Of a DNA stretch of 64,000 bases, positions 9,729 through 20,100 are shown piece after piece (the first letter of the stretch is position 1; each line of letters starts with the position of its first letter). A model generated the notes under the pieces. The model made no database searches. It saw only the letters and a list, made by a program, of their open reading frames with translations, and was not told the origin of the DNA. The translations under genes and the position numbers were made by a program. The stretch covers positions 34,809-98,808 of the forward strand of contig DHKP01000028.1 of the NCBI GenBank assembly GCA_002404865.1, read 5' to 3'. The stretch is from Bacillales bacterium UBA4691 (GTDB taxonomy: Bacteria; Bacillota_I; Bacilli_A; RFN20; CAG-826).

Positions 9729-11138
9729 TTATTTCTTGTTTTTGATATAGGAATCGATTGCTTCCGCAGCGGATTTTCCAGCGCCCATAGCAAGGATGAC
9801 AGTTGCAGCACCTGTAACGGCGTCTCCGCCTGCATAGACTCCTTCTTTTGTTGTTTCGCCAGATTCGCCTTTCGTAATAATGCAGCCATGGGAATTTGTT
9901 TCTAATCCCTTGGTGGTATTTTTAATGAGCGGGTTAGGAGAAGTTCCAATCGCTTCGATCACGACATCGACATCAAGCGTGAACTCGCTTCCTTTGATAG
10001 GAACTGGTCTACGTCTACCGCTTGCGTCAGGCTCACCGAGTTCCATTTTGATGCATTTGATGCCTTTAACCATCAAATTGTCATCGCCAAGGATTTCGAC
10101 AGGGTTATTGAGAAGGCGGAAATCGATTCCCTCTTCCATTGCGTGTTCGACTTCTTCTTTGCGGGCTGGGAGCTCTTCTAAGCTGCGGCGGTAGATGATA
10201 TAGACCTTTTGAGCGCCGAGACGCATCGCACATCTACAGGCGTCCATCGCAACGTTGCCCCCTCCAACGACCGCGACCTCTTTCCCGTGCATGATTGGAG
10301 TCTCGCTATTATCTAGATAAGCTTTCATGAGATTGATGCGGGTGAGAAATTCGTTCGCGCTATAAACGCCTTTGAGATTCTCGCCAGGAATTCCCATAAA
10401 GCGGGGGAGTCCAGCGCCAGTTCCGATATAGACAGCCTCATATCCATGTTCGTTCAATAGCTCATCGATGGAGAATGTTTTTCCAATAACGACGTCAGTG
10501 CGGATCGTCACGCCCATCTTTTTAAGATTCTCCACTTCGTTTTGGACGATGGATTTTGGAAGACGGAATTCAGGGATGCCGTATGATAAAACTCCTCCCG
10601 CTAGATGAAGTGCTTCAAAAACAGTCACTTCATAGCCAAGTTTCGCTAAATCTCCAGCGCAAGTCAGACCCGATGGCCCGCTTCCTACAACCGCCACTTT
10701 ATGACCGTTATGGGTTGGTTTTTTGAATTCTACGAGATGATTTTCGCGCGCATAGTCCGCGACAAATCTCTCTAGGCGCCCAATTGCCACGGGATCGCAT
10801 TTCATTTTCGGATTAGCGGCGCGGATACAATATTTCTCGCACTGGGATTCTTGAGGGCAAACTCGCCCACAAATGCTAGAAAGAGAAGAAGATTTTAATA
10901 AGACGTCATTCGCTCCTTTTAAGTCATTTTCTCTAATTTTAGCGATAAAGCCAGGAATGTCGATATGGACGGGGCAGCCAGATACGCAGTGGGGGACTTT
11001 GCAGTTTAAGCAGCGGTTCGCTTCCTCTAGCGCGATATCTAAGGTATAGCCTGTTGCGACTTCTTTAAAGTTATGCGCGCGGATACTTGCCTCTTGGCTT
11101 GGCATCGGATTCTTTACTTTGCTTGGATTGAAGGCCAT
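9729..11138 (-). CDS. nfnB: GltD-family NADPH-dependent oxidoreductase, probable NfnB subunit of NADH-dependent ferredoxin:NADP+ oxidoreductase
   Basis: Cys clusters CLNCKVPHCVSGCPV and CGRVCP, plus dinucleotide folds VAVVGSGPSGLTCA and VVGGGNVAMD. The start was set to MAFNPSK, 1 nt after the nfnA stop. The ORF-track extension overlaps nfnA. Confidence 0.85.
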   Translation of the reverse strand: MAFNPSKVKNPMPSQEASIRAHNFKEVATGYTLDIALEEANRCLNCKVPHCVSGCPVHIDIPGFIAKIRENDLKGANDVLLKSSSLSSICGRVCPQESQCEKYCIRAANPKMKCDPVAIGRLERFVADYARENHLVEFKKPTHNGHKVAVVGSGPSGLTCAGDLAKLGYEVTVFEALHLAGGVLSYGIPEFRLPKSIVQNEVENLKKMGVTIRTDVVIGKTFSIDELLNEHGYEAVYIGTGAGLPRFMGIPGENLKGVYSANEFLTRINLMKAYLDNSETPIMHGKEVAVVGGGNVAMDACRCAMRLGAQKVYIIYRRSLEELPARKEEVEHAMEEGIDFRLLNNPVEILGDDNLMVKGIKCIKMELGEPDASGRRRPVPIKGSEFTLDVDVVIEAIGTSPNPLIKNTTKGLETNSHGCIITKGESGETTKEGVYAGGDAVTGAATVILAMGAGKSAAEAIDSYIKNKK

Positions 11139-11139
11139 G

Positions 11140-11985
11140 TTATTTTTCCTCCGCTTTTTTGAAGAGATTACAAGTTTCTTCGTATTTATGACGTTCCCAA
11201 TCGCGATAGATGCAGTTTCGCTTATTCGCTTCATCGAAATCGACGAGATGTCCATCGAAGTCAGGCCCATCGACACAGGCGAATTTCATTTCGCCTCCTA
11301 CCGATAAGCGGCATCCTCCGCACATCCCAGTCCCATCAATCATGATTGGGTTCATCGAAACTACTGTTTTGATGTTGTATTTTTTCGTGAGCAAGCAAAC
11401 GAATTTCATCATGACGATTGGGCCGATCGCAATGACTTCGTCGTATTGGTTACCTGCTTGTATTAATGATTCTAGAGCATTCGTGACAAGACCTTTTTCG
11501 CCATAACTTCCATCATCGGTCATGATTTTTAGAATATTGCTGCATGTTTTGAATTCATCTTCTAAAATGACGAGGTCTTTACTACGAAATCCAACAATCG
11601 AGTGGACTATTGCGCCCATTTCGTGGAGCTTCTCTGCAATAGGAAGAGCGATTGCGCTGCCCGCGCCTCCGCCGATAATACACACTTTTTTAAGGCCATC
11701 GAGCTCGCTAGGTCTACCAAGAGGGCCGACAAAATCCTCTAGATATTCGCCTTCTTTTTTGTGATTTAGCTCTTCGGTTGTGGCACCGACGATTTGGAAA
11801 ATGATTTTCACGGCCCCTTCTTCTATATTCTCGCCGGCAATCGTGAGAGGGATGCGTTCCCCGTTTTCGTTAACGCGGAGAATGATGAATTCGCCCGGTT
11901 TCGCTTTTTTAGCGATGTCAGGGGCGTAGATTTCCATCTGGGTGACGGTGGGGTTCAAAACTTTTTTTCTGACAATTTTGAACAT
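11140..11985 (-). CDS. nfnA: Sulfide/dihydroorotate dehydrogenase-like FAD/NAD-binding protein, probable NfnA
   Basis: 281 aa with an FNR-like fold (IIGGGAGSAIALP) and a C-terminal 2Fe-2S motif CGGCRLSVGGEMKFACVDGP. Paired with the GltD-like gene. Confidence 0.85.
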   Translation of the reverse strand: MFKIVRKKVLNPTVTQMEIYAPDIAKKAKPGEFIILRVNENGERIPLTIAGENIEEGAVKIIFQIVGATTEELNHKKEGEYLEDFVGPLGRPSELDGLKKVCIIGGGAGSAIALPIAEKLHEMGAIVHSIVGFRSKDLVILEDEFKTCSNILKIMTDDGSYGEKGLVTNALESLIQAGNQYDEVIAIGPIVMMKFVCLLTKKYNIKTVVSMNPIMIDGTGMCGGCRLSVGGEMKFACVDGPDFDGHLVDFDEANKRNCIYRDWERHKYEETCNLFKKAEEK

Positions 11986-11994
11986 ACTTCCTCC

Positions 11995-12771
11995 TTATAA
12001 ATCTATTGTTTTGTGGATTCTATCCACGAAATAATCCTTTTTCTTTGTATAGCAGTGGAGCGCTTTTGTCGACATTTTGACGCTTAATTGATCAATGCTT
12101 CTTTCGGATACTTTAAAGCCATCCGCGTAGAGATATCCTCTCCGAGACGAATCGCTTTTGAAATTGATGGTTCTATTCGCGTTAATCACTAATGGGCTAC
12201 CGATTGTTTTATGGGCTTTAGAACGGATACTAGCGACTTCCGTGAGCTCCATCACGCGGAGAGATGAATCGAGTATCGCTCCATTAAGGCTGCGGTTATA
12301 GGCCATCGAGCCAGAAACGGTAGACACGATAATTCCTGCGCCAAAGTAGTGCTCTAGATATTCTTTGTCGAGAGCAATGTCATAATCGATATTTTGAGAT
12401 AAGCCGGTTAAATTGAATTCATTTAAAGCGTAATAGGTAGCCTCTTTGCAATGGGTTTCTAATACATCGATTTCACGAAGAAGGAATTTTTTATCGAAAA
12501 CAATCGCAGGGATGTCTTTAATGTCTTCTTCCGAAAAATCGTTATAAAACCCAATCGTTCCGGCGTTAAAGCAAAGATAACGGGTTTCTTTGTTTTTAGG
12601 GAACGTCGCTTGTGCGGCTTTTAAAAACGTGCCATCTCCTCCGATGACGATGATTAGTTCTGGGTCAACTTCATCTTTTTGGAAACGAGAGTCGATAGAA
12701 ACCACATCTAAAATGTTACTCACGAAAGAGGATGCTTCTAATCCTTTTTTGATAAATAAGCGGTACTTCAT
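11995..12771 (-). CDS. nadK: NAD+ kinase
   Basis: GGDGTFL motif and a 258-aa PpnK-like length. Confidence 0.9.
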   Translation of the reverse strand: MKYRLFIKKGLEASSFVSNILDVVSIDSRFQKDEVDPELIIVIGGDGTFLKAAQATFPKNKETRYLCFNAGTIGFYNDFSEEDIKDIPAIVFDKKFLLREIDVLETHCKEATYYALNEFNLTGLSQNIDYDIALDKEYLEHYFGAGIIVSTVSGSMAYNRSLNGAILDSSLRVMELTEVASIRSKAHKTIGSPLVINANRTINFKSDSSRRGYLYADGFKVSERSIDQLSVKMSTKALHCYTKKKDYFVDRIHKTIDL

Positions 12772-12829
12772 GCTAAATCAGGCAAATAGAAGGATACTTC
12801 GCCTTCTCTTAATCATAATATAAGAAAAA

Positions 12830-13765
12830 CTATTTGTATTTATAGAATCCTTCCCCAGAAGCAACTCCGAGCTTCCCTTGATCGATATATTCTTTGAGCA
12901 TATCGCGTTGAAGCTTGAAATGGAATGGGGCAAGGAAACTAGGAATCTTGCAATAAGCATTCACGATTTCGTAAGCGGTTTTTAGCCCAACGACATCAAG
13001 GATTTGGAATGGCCCTTTCGGAGCACCCGTCCCTTTGACCCAGGCCGTATCGATAGAAGAAGGATCACTAATATCAAGGACGTATAAATCCATTGCAGCG
13101 AATAGGAAAGGAATGAGCATCGAGTTAAGCAAATATCCTGCTTTTTCCTTTTTGACAGGGAGAGGTATCATACGAATGTCTTTCGCGAATTCTAGTGTTT
13201 CATCGAAATACTTCATATTCGTTTTCCCTTGCGCCATGACTTCGGCGATGTTATTGAGCCAAATCTCATTCGCAAAGTGCATCGCTAAGTAGCGGTCTGG
13301 GCGACCGGTGTATTTCGCAAACGTGCTCGGAAGCATGGAAGAGCTATTGGTAAGAAGAACGGTTTTTGGATCAAGAAGCGGAGCGGCTTTTTTGTAGAAT
13401 TCAATTTTCGCGTCTTTATTTTCCGTCATGGACTCGATGACGACATCGGCATCTACGAACGCTTTTTTCATATCGAGCTCAAGCTTTATATTCTTATAAG
13501 CTTCTTCGACTTTTTTCTTGCATTCTTCCGCGTCGAAATGATCTGGACTAGCAATACCCATGCACCATTTTTCTTTCGTGGTGGCCATTCTTTCGATGGC
13601 TTCAAGATAGTCTTTCTTCACCATTTCGATTTTTGGTTTGGTACGGCCAATGCTTGACTCGCTCCTTAGCCAAATGGTCACATCAAAACTGCAATAGGCG
13701 GCTTGGAAGGCGATTTGTGTTCCGAGGACGCCACCCCCAGCGACAACGACTTTTTTGAAACTCAT
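12830..13765 (-). CDS. 3-hydroxyacyl-CoA dehydrogenase family protein
   Basis: N-terminal VVVAGGGVLGTQIAFQAA Rossmann fold and a C-terminal 3HCDH-like region (...GKLGVASGEGFYKY). Confidence 0.8.
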   Translation of the reverse strand: MSFKKVVVAGGGVLGTQIAFQAAYCSFDVTIWLRSESSIGRTKPKIEMVKKDYLEAIERMATTKEKWCMGIASPDHFDAEECKKKVEEAYKNIKLELDMKKAFVDADVVIESMTENKDAKIEFYKKAAPLLDPKTVLLTNSSSMLPSTFAKYTGRPDRYLAMHFANEIWLNNIAEVMAQGKTNMKYFDETLEFAKDIRMIPLPVKKEKAGYLLNSMLIPFLFAAMDLYVLDISDPSSIDTAWVKGTGAPKGPFQILDVVGLKTAYEIVNAYCKIPSFLAPFHFKLQRDMLKEYIDQGKLGVASGEGFYKYK

Positions 13766-13969
13766 TGTGGTTTCTCCTTATGAATGTAAAAAGTTAAAAT
13801 AAATTATAAAGGAATTTTGTGTTTTAGGAAGATAGAATTAAGACACCATCGAATGATTTTGGCTAGAGAGCCACGTAAATAATGACCTTTTTCTTTCGTT
13901 TTGAAAGATTTTTTTATTCGTTATTTCGGTATTTGATTCCTGATTTTATTAGTTACAATCGAATGTTTT

Positions 13970-13983
13970 TGTAAGCGATTACA
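13970..13983 (+). promoter_or_regulatory. cre / LacI-family operator (TGTAAGCGATTACA)
   Basis: Perfect match to the CcpA cre consensus TGWNANCGNTNWCA, 9 nt upstream of the -35 of the GH3 operon promoter. Confidence 0.6.
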
Positions 13984-13992
13984 CGAAAGTGC

Positions 13993-14020
13993 TTGAAAAA
14001 CGCGGGGGGGGGGTTAAAAT
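13993..14020 (+). promoter_or_regulatory. Putative SigA-type promoter of the GH3/surface-protein operon with a G10 tract in the spacer
   Basis: TTGAAA (13993-13998), 16-nt spacer aacgcGGGGGGGGGGt, TAAAAT (14015-14020). An AAAGGA RBS and the ATG at 14053 lie downstream. Confidence 0.55.
14004..14013 (+). repeat. Homopolymeric G10 tract
   Basis: Read directly from the sequence. It is the longest G/C run I noticed in the window; the next is G6 at about 9704. Confidence 0.95.
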
Positions 14021-14052
14021 TTCATAAATTTGTCACAAATAGAAAGGATTGT

Positions 14053-17000
14053 ATGGACAAGAAAAAAGAAAATTTGTTTACGCGAATTTATGGTCACGTT
14101 AGCAAAGGCTGGATCATAGGACGAGCTGTGAGCTGCGCTGCAATTGCCGCCTTAATCGTTGCGATAAGCGTTGGCACTTCGATTGCAAACTCCTATTCGT
14201 CTCAGCTCACTGCTTACCTTTGCCCCCCGTTAACGGATGATTCGCAAGTTTCGCAAGCCCAAGCCGCAGGTGCTGAGCTCGCGAAAAAAGTGGAGCTTGA
14301 AGGGGCGACACTACTAAAGAATGATAACAACACCCTTCCACTTTCAAAAACTGACGATAAAAAAGTCAATGTTTTCGGATTCGGATCTGTCGATTGGTCG
14401 TATGGCGGAATTGGAAACGGATGTTCTGGACAAGTGAGACCAGAAAACGATGACCCAAATTCCGTGACTGATTTAATGAAGGCTTTAAATCGATACGGCA
14501 TTCAAGCAAATAGCGAATTGCAAAATTTTTATCGTGAATGGTGTGAGCCGGTTAACCTCATTAAGGATCCAAATAACACCGATAGAAATTTTGCTGCGAC
14601 TCTTCGAGAACCTCCAATGAGCCAATACTCTAGTGAGCTATTAGAAAGAGCGAAAGAATATTCTAATGTGGCGATTGCCGTTATTTCTCGCACTTGTTTT
14701 GAAAATACCGACCTTCCTAACACTCAAAGAAAAGCTGGTCCTGGAATGAACGAGGACAATACTCGCCATTATCTAGAAATCTCAACGGAAGAAGAGGAAA
14801 TGCTTAGATATTTGGGTTCTAACTACGAGAAGGTCGTTGTTCTAATCAATGCTGGTAACATGATGGAACTTGGCTTTATGGATTCTATTCCTGGGCTTGA
14901 CGCTTGCGTTTATGTCGGCGTTACGGGAACGCAAGCCGCTGCTTCGATTCCTGCTTTACTTTGGGGTGATACTCCTTTCTCTGGGAAATTAGTGGATACC
15001 GTTCCTTATTCCTTCGACGATATGACTTCGAGCTATTCGAATTGGTTTGGCGCCGTTAGTTACGCAAACGGCGGGCAAGGTGTCGACTATGTAGAAGGAA
15101 TCTATGTAGGCTATAAATGGTTTGAAACCGCCGATAAAGAAGGTGTATGGACAAACGTTGATAATAGTGCCGCCTATGGCGAAAAGGCAAAAGGATATTA
15201 CGGGGTTGTCCAATATCCTTTCGGGTACGGCTTATCTTACACAAATTTCGATTGGAAAATCGTTAAGTCTACGCCTGAAGCTGGTGTCTCAATTGATGAA
15301 AACACAAAATTCAAGATTGATGTTGAAGTTACTAATACCGGCAATTTTGCTGGCAAAGACGTCGTAGAAGCTTACGTTACTTTGCCTTACACAAAAGGCG
15401 GGATTGAAAAATCTTATGTCTCATTAGTTGGCTATGCAAAAACCGAGCTTTTGGCGCCTGGGACCTCTCAAACGGTCACCATTGACGTCGATGCTTATGA
15501 TTTCCTCTCTTACGATTGCTATGACAAAAATAGCAATGGTTTCAAAGGTTATGAATTAGAGAGCGGCGATTATGAAATCAAACTCATGACCGATAGCCAT
15601 AACATCAAGAAAATCGGAGATGAAGATGCCGTTTTGACATTCAAAGTCGATGACACAATCAAATGCGAAACCGATAAATACACCGGTGCAACGGTGAAAA
15701 ACCTTTTCACTGGCGACGAGGCAATTGATGGATTCTCCATCGATGGGATTGAGTCCGACTACAACGCGAATATTCCGTTTATGTCAAGAAATGACTTTCA
15801 GGCTGGCTATTCTTTCCCGAAAAGGACGAATGAAGTCGCTAAAAGATCTTTATCCGATAGAGAGAATAATGCGCTTACTTATTCCGCTAATAAGGCTAAA
15901 GAATGGGATAACGCCACGACTGATGCTTTTGGAAACGAAGTGAATCAAACTAAGCCGACATGGGGCGCAAGTACTAACCTTAAGGTTGCTGAAAACGGCG
16001 TTCCTACTGAACTAGGTTTAGCATTAGGGCAAGACTATAACGACCCTAGATGGGAGGATGTGCTCAATCAAGTGAAATATAGCGAAGCCGTTTCTTTGGT
16101 TTCCAAGTCCCCATCTGGGAATAAAGCGATTGGTTCTATCGGTAAACCGAGGCTTTTAGCTTACGATTCTATGATTCAGATCAAGGGGTTTGCTGGTAAG
16201 CCAAGAGGCACTGGTAACCCATCGACAACGATTTTAGCGATGAGCTATAACAAAAACCTTGCTTATCAATATGCGACAAATTTTGCGAATGAAATGAACG
16301 CGATTGGCGTTCAAGCCGTTTTTGGCCCTGGCATCAATCTCCACCGTTCTCCCTTTGGTGGCAGAAACTTCGAATATTTCTCAGAAGACACCTATATGAC
16401 TGCCGATATGGCTCGCATCATCGTTCGCGGATTGCAGAATTATGGTTGTAGCGTAGAGATGAAGCATCTTGTTTTAAACGAACAAGAGTCTTGGCGTTAT
16501 GGGTGTGGCACTTGGCTCACGGAACAGGCGCTTAGAGAAACGTATTTGCGTCCTTTCCAAAGAGTAACCGAAGAAGAAAACCTTTCTGGGGTGATGACTG
16601 CCTTTAACCGCATTGGCTCATTGTGGGTTGGCGGAAGCACTGCTCTTATCACCGGCGTTTTAAGAAACGAATGGGGTTTTAAAGGCTATATCGATACTGA
16701 CTGGACTGAAGGTATTACTGGTACTCCTGATGAACAACTTCGCGCTGGTGGAGAAATCGGAATGGCTCAGGCTTTAGGGGAATCTATCGCTTACGATTAT
16801 GGGGAAGGGGCCGCCTCTGGTCGCTTGCAAAATCGTTTTAGAGATGCTGTCAAGCATGTTTTGTATGGCTGGCTCTCTCCAAAATATCAAGCGAGCGTTT
16901 ATAAACCGGGCGAAGGTGAGAACATCACAACGTCCTTCACCATTCAATCTTGGCAGTGGTGGCAACCATCAATCATTGCGTTAAATTGCCTTGTGTATTT

Positions 17001-17100
17001 CGGTTGCGCGATTTGGTTAGTTTGCTTATTTATGCCATCTAAAAAATACCAAAACAATGATCCGACTGAACCAAATAACGGTAAGAAGGAGAATGCATAA
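14053..17100 (+). CDS. Glycoside hydrolase family 3 beta-glycosidase, permuted domain order, with N- and C-terminal TM anchors
   Basis: An N-terminal TM (IIGRAVSCAAIAALIVAISVG) is followed by the GH3 C-domain (ATLLKNDNNTLPL, LLWGDTPFSGKLVDTVP). Next comes the FnIII-like domain (YPFGYGLSYTNFDW, VTNTGNFAGKDVVEAYV), then the GH3 N-domain (RSPFGGRNFEYFSEDTYM, KHLVLNEQE, VMTAFNRIG, GYIDTDW). A C-terminal TM (IIALNCLVYFGCAIWLVCLF) closes the protein. The start was set to the ATG with an RBS. Confidence 0.85.
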   Translation: MDKKKENLFTRIYGHVSKGWIIGRAVSCAAIAALIVAISVGTSIANSYSSQLTAYLCPPLTDDSQVSQAQAAGAELAKKVELEGATLLKNDNNTLPLSKTDDKKVNVFGFGSVDWSYGGIGNGCSGQVRPENDDPNSVTDLMKALNRYGIQANSELQNFYREWCEPVNLIKDPNNTDRNFAATLREPPMSQYSSELLERAKEYSNVAIAVISRTCFENTDLPNTQRKAGPGMNEDNTRHYLEISTEEEEMLRYLGSNYEKVVVLINAGNMMELGFMDSIPGLDACVYVGVTGTQAAASIPALLWGDTPFSGKLVDTVPYSFDDMTSSYSNWFGAVSYANGGQGVDYVEGIYVGYKWFETADKEGVWTNVDNSAAYGEKAKGYYGVVQYPFGYGLSYTNFDWKIVKSTPEAGVSIDENTKFKIDVEVTNTGNFAGKDVVEAYVTLPYTKGGIEKSYVSLVGYAKTELLAPGTSQTVTIDVDAYDFLSYDCYDKNSNGFKGYELESGDYEIKLMTDSHNIKKIGDEDAVLTFKVDDTIKCETDKYTGATVKNLFTGDEAIDGFSIDGIESDYNANIPFMSRNDFQAGYSFPKRTNEVAKRSLSDRENNALTYSANKAKEWDNATTDAFGNEVNQTKPTWGASTNLKVAENGVPTELGLALGQDYNDPRWEDVLNQVKYSEAVSLVSKSPSGNKAIGSIGKPRLLAYDSMIQIKGFAGKPRGTGNPSTTILAMSYNKNLAYQYATNFANEMNAIGVQAVFGPGINLHRSPFGGRNFEYFSEDTYMTADMARIIVRGLQNYGCSVEMKHLVLNEQESWRYGCGTWLTEQALRETYLRPFQRVTEEENLSGVMTAFNRIGSLWVGGSTALITGVLRNEWGFKGYIDTDWTEGITGTPDEQLRAGGEIGMAQALGESIAYDYGEGAASGRLQNRFRDAVKHVLYGWLSPKYQASVYKPGEGENITTSFTIQSWQWWQPSIIALNCLVYFGCAIWLVCLFMPSKKYQNNDPTEPNNGKKENA

Positions 17101-17102
17101 TT

Positions 17103-20100
17103 ATGAAAGAGAAAAATAAAAAGTTATCTTTGATCAAAGGCCTATCCATTGGCGCTTTGAGTGTTGCGTTATTGGCGACTGTTGGCACAGTCTTCAGCGT
17201 CTCTTATTCAAGCTGGCAAAGCTATTACGAAACGATGGTCAAAGAAAAAGAGCAATATGAAAAAGAACACGCTCCAGAAGTGACTACGATGAAAGGCATT
17301 TCCGTCAAAATTAAAGACGGAGTTGGCTTCTATAAAAACGGAAAGGCGAAAGCAATCAAATCGAATTTCGTGGTTGAAGGCCTATACACAATCGGTAACG
17401 AAGTCAATCAACGCGATTACACAGAAGAGCTTTCCGATTATACGATTGAAGCGCCGGAAGACTTTACGGAAAAGGGTGGAGACGTTGTCTTCCATTATCT
17501 GAAGCAAGAGGCGGAAGTCGATGAAAACGGCAATGAGAAAAAGGACGAAGAAGGTAACGTAATCCTTAAGACGGTTTATGATTTCACGGAAACCATCACG
17601 ATTGATTTGGTTGATGTGAAACCGGCCCTAGTATCTATCACTCATAATCCTTACATTGTGGCTTACGCAGAAGGAGACCGGTTTAATCGCGATGGCTTAG
17701 CCGCAGATATCATCAATAACGATGGTTCGACATATGCGGAGAACGTTTCTCTATCTTTACTATCATTCCCAACGAACCGTTTGACACTAGAAACCACAAG
17801 TGTAAAAGTCGGTTTCAAGTTTGGAGAGAGTGACGAGGATGTTGCTTATGGCGAAATCCCCGTAAAAGTGATGCCAAAAGACGAATTTACTAACGGAGAA
17901 TTAGAATCCTTCACTATTGAAGGAGACAATGTCCTTGAAGCTGGCTCTTCCTTAAATAGTTATAAGCCCTTAGTCTATGGAACCTATTCTAGCGGTAATC
18001 GGATTCTACTTTCTGAAAGCCAATATAAATTAAGCGGATTAACGGGCGATGCCGAATTTGGGAAAAATTACTTTATTACGATTGCTTCTACTGAGAACCC
18101 CAATATCATTTCCCGGGTTTCTTTGAAAACGATGAAGAATTTGTCAACTAGCGAAGCAACCGTTAGCGGCGCTACAAAATATGAAGGGTATGTCAAAGAT
18201 TTCGACAACAATGACTATATCGAATTCGCTTATAACTCTGAGAAAGAAGAAGTGGTTAAATTCATCCTTGATATGTCGAATGGTTTCTTTGAGTTTGCGA
18301 ATAACAAGTTTGTTACCAAAGGCATCGATTTCAGCGACTTCGCTTATATTTCGATTAACGGCAACATCAAAGATACTTCCTTTACCTTCTTAGGAGGGGG
18401 CGCCTTCGATTACTTATCGGATGCGTATGCTAATTATCAAAAAGTGGAATTAGGCGCCTATAGAATAAAAAAGGGAGAAAACAAAATCCGCGTTACTTTC
18501 AAAGAAAGCAACACAGGTAAAACCTCCGCTTTCGGCGAATATGTCGCAGGTGCGATTTCGAAACTCACGATCACTCCTAATTCAAGCTCGCAAGAACATT
18601 CTATTTTCGGCGAATATTTTAACGAAAACGCTAATCCGACTCTCTCCATCAGCCAAAACACAACTTGGAACAATGATTTGGCTTGGGTTTACGCTTCTAC
18701 TAGCGATGGCGAATACACTTATTTCTATTCGTGCAAACCAGGCAGTAGCAATGTTTCAATCATTAAATATGACTTGAATTCAAATCGTGTTGTAGCGAGT
18801 TCTGCTTTCTTTACTTTACTCAATGAAGACCATACGCCTTTGTTTATTAAGGATGGCTATATCTACACCACAAATAATGACGGCATGTTCTTGCGCCTAC
18901 CGATTTCATTCATTGGCTTTGGCACAGCGAAATTCGAAGTTTTGCCAAAACTTGCATTTGAAAATGTCGCCGATAATAAGAAGATAAAATCCGCCTATTT
19001 CAATCAAAGTACAAGACAATACGCTCTTCTACTTGATAGCGGCCTAAGCTATTTTGATGCGAACGGTAAGCATTTGTATGGTGCCAAATCGTTTAAAAAT
19101 GGCGTGAAGGTCACTGGTGACGATAGTTATCTTTATGTGTTTACGAATAAGAGCAATGGTGCGATTTCTCCTTCTATCCAAATTTATAATTGGGCAGGCG
19201 AACCAATAAAAACCATTAACCCAACAAACACAATCGAAACGATGGGAATAGAAAAAGAGAAGAAAGGCAGCACAAATGTCCAATCCATTGTTGCCATGAA
19301 CGGAAACCTATATTTCACGATGGTTCGTTGGTCGGGTGGCAACAATTCAAGCGTATACAAAATTACGGCTGCCGGTGAAAGCGGGGCGTCTGAATCAGTA
19401 GAACGCTTGGGCTTATACGAATATATCTCTTCTTGCACCCAAAAAGACGTTTCCCCAAAATTCAATTCTTCCCTTTTCTCCGATAAAGTGGTGCAAAGCC
19501 AAATGGATATGTACGCTCATGGCATTTGCTCGGACGAAGAAAATCTCTACATTACGACAAATGTTGTATCAGGAGATACTGTAGTGAAAAAATTTAGCCT
19601 CGCTACAGGCGAATACTTGGGCAAAACGGCATCATTCAAAAGAAAAGAAATATGGGCGAATTCCGATTACCTTATGTACAAAGATGGCTATGTCTACGTA
19701 TTCTCTGATGATGGCGTTAGACGTGTCAACGCTAGTGATATCACTGTCGATAACGCGCCTTCTTTTGAAACAAACGCCCTTACGATTGAAGGTATCGATG
19801 GGGCAAAAGCAGGCGCCTACAATGCAACCGTCAACAAGATGGCGATTATGGCAAACGGCAAGCTCAATATTATTGGTGGCAAATCGCTAAAGGTCGAGAA
19901 ATCCGTTTCTGCTTCAAGCGGCTTAGGAATGGCTAGCGACGCGAATTATATTTACGTCTTCTTTGAGGAGAAGGCGGTGGGTGTGACTGCAAAATTCTCC
20001 GTTTATGATTGGTCCGGGAATTTGATTAAGGCAAATCAAGAAATCAAAGGCATCTCTAGTGAAGTCATAACAGCAAGCAACAATGTTCAAGGAATGGCCA

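Noticed and set aside
11139-11276. N-terminal 46-codon extension of the nfnB ORF
   Set aside because: It overlaps the nfnA 3' end. The conserved protein begins at MAFNPSK, directly after the nfnA stop.
13993-14052. TTG-initiated 20-codon extension of the GH3 ORF
   Set aside because: It has no convincing RBS, whereas the ATG at 14053 has AAAGGA upstream. The same bases fit a -35/-10 promoter. It is kept only as an alternative reading in the G-tract finding.
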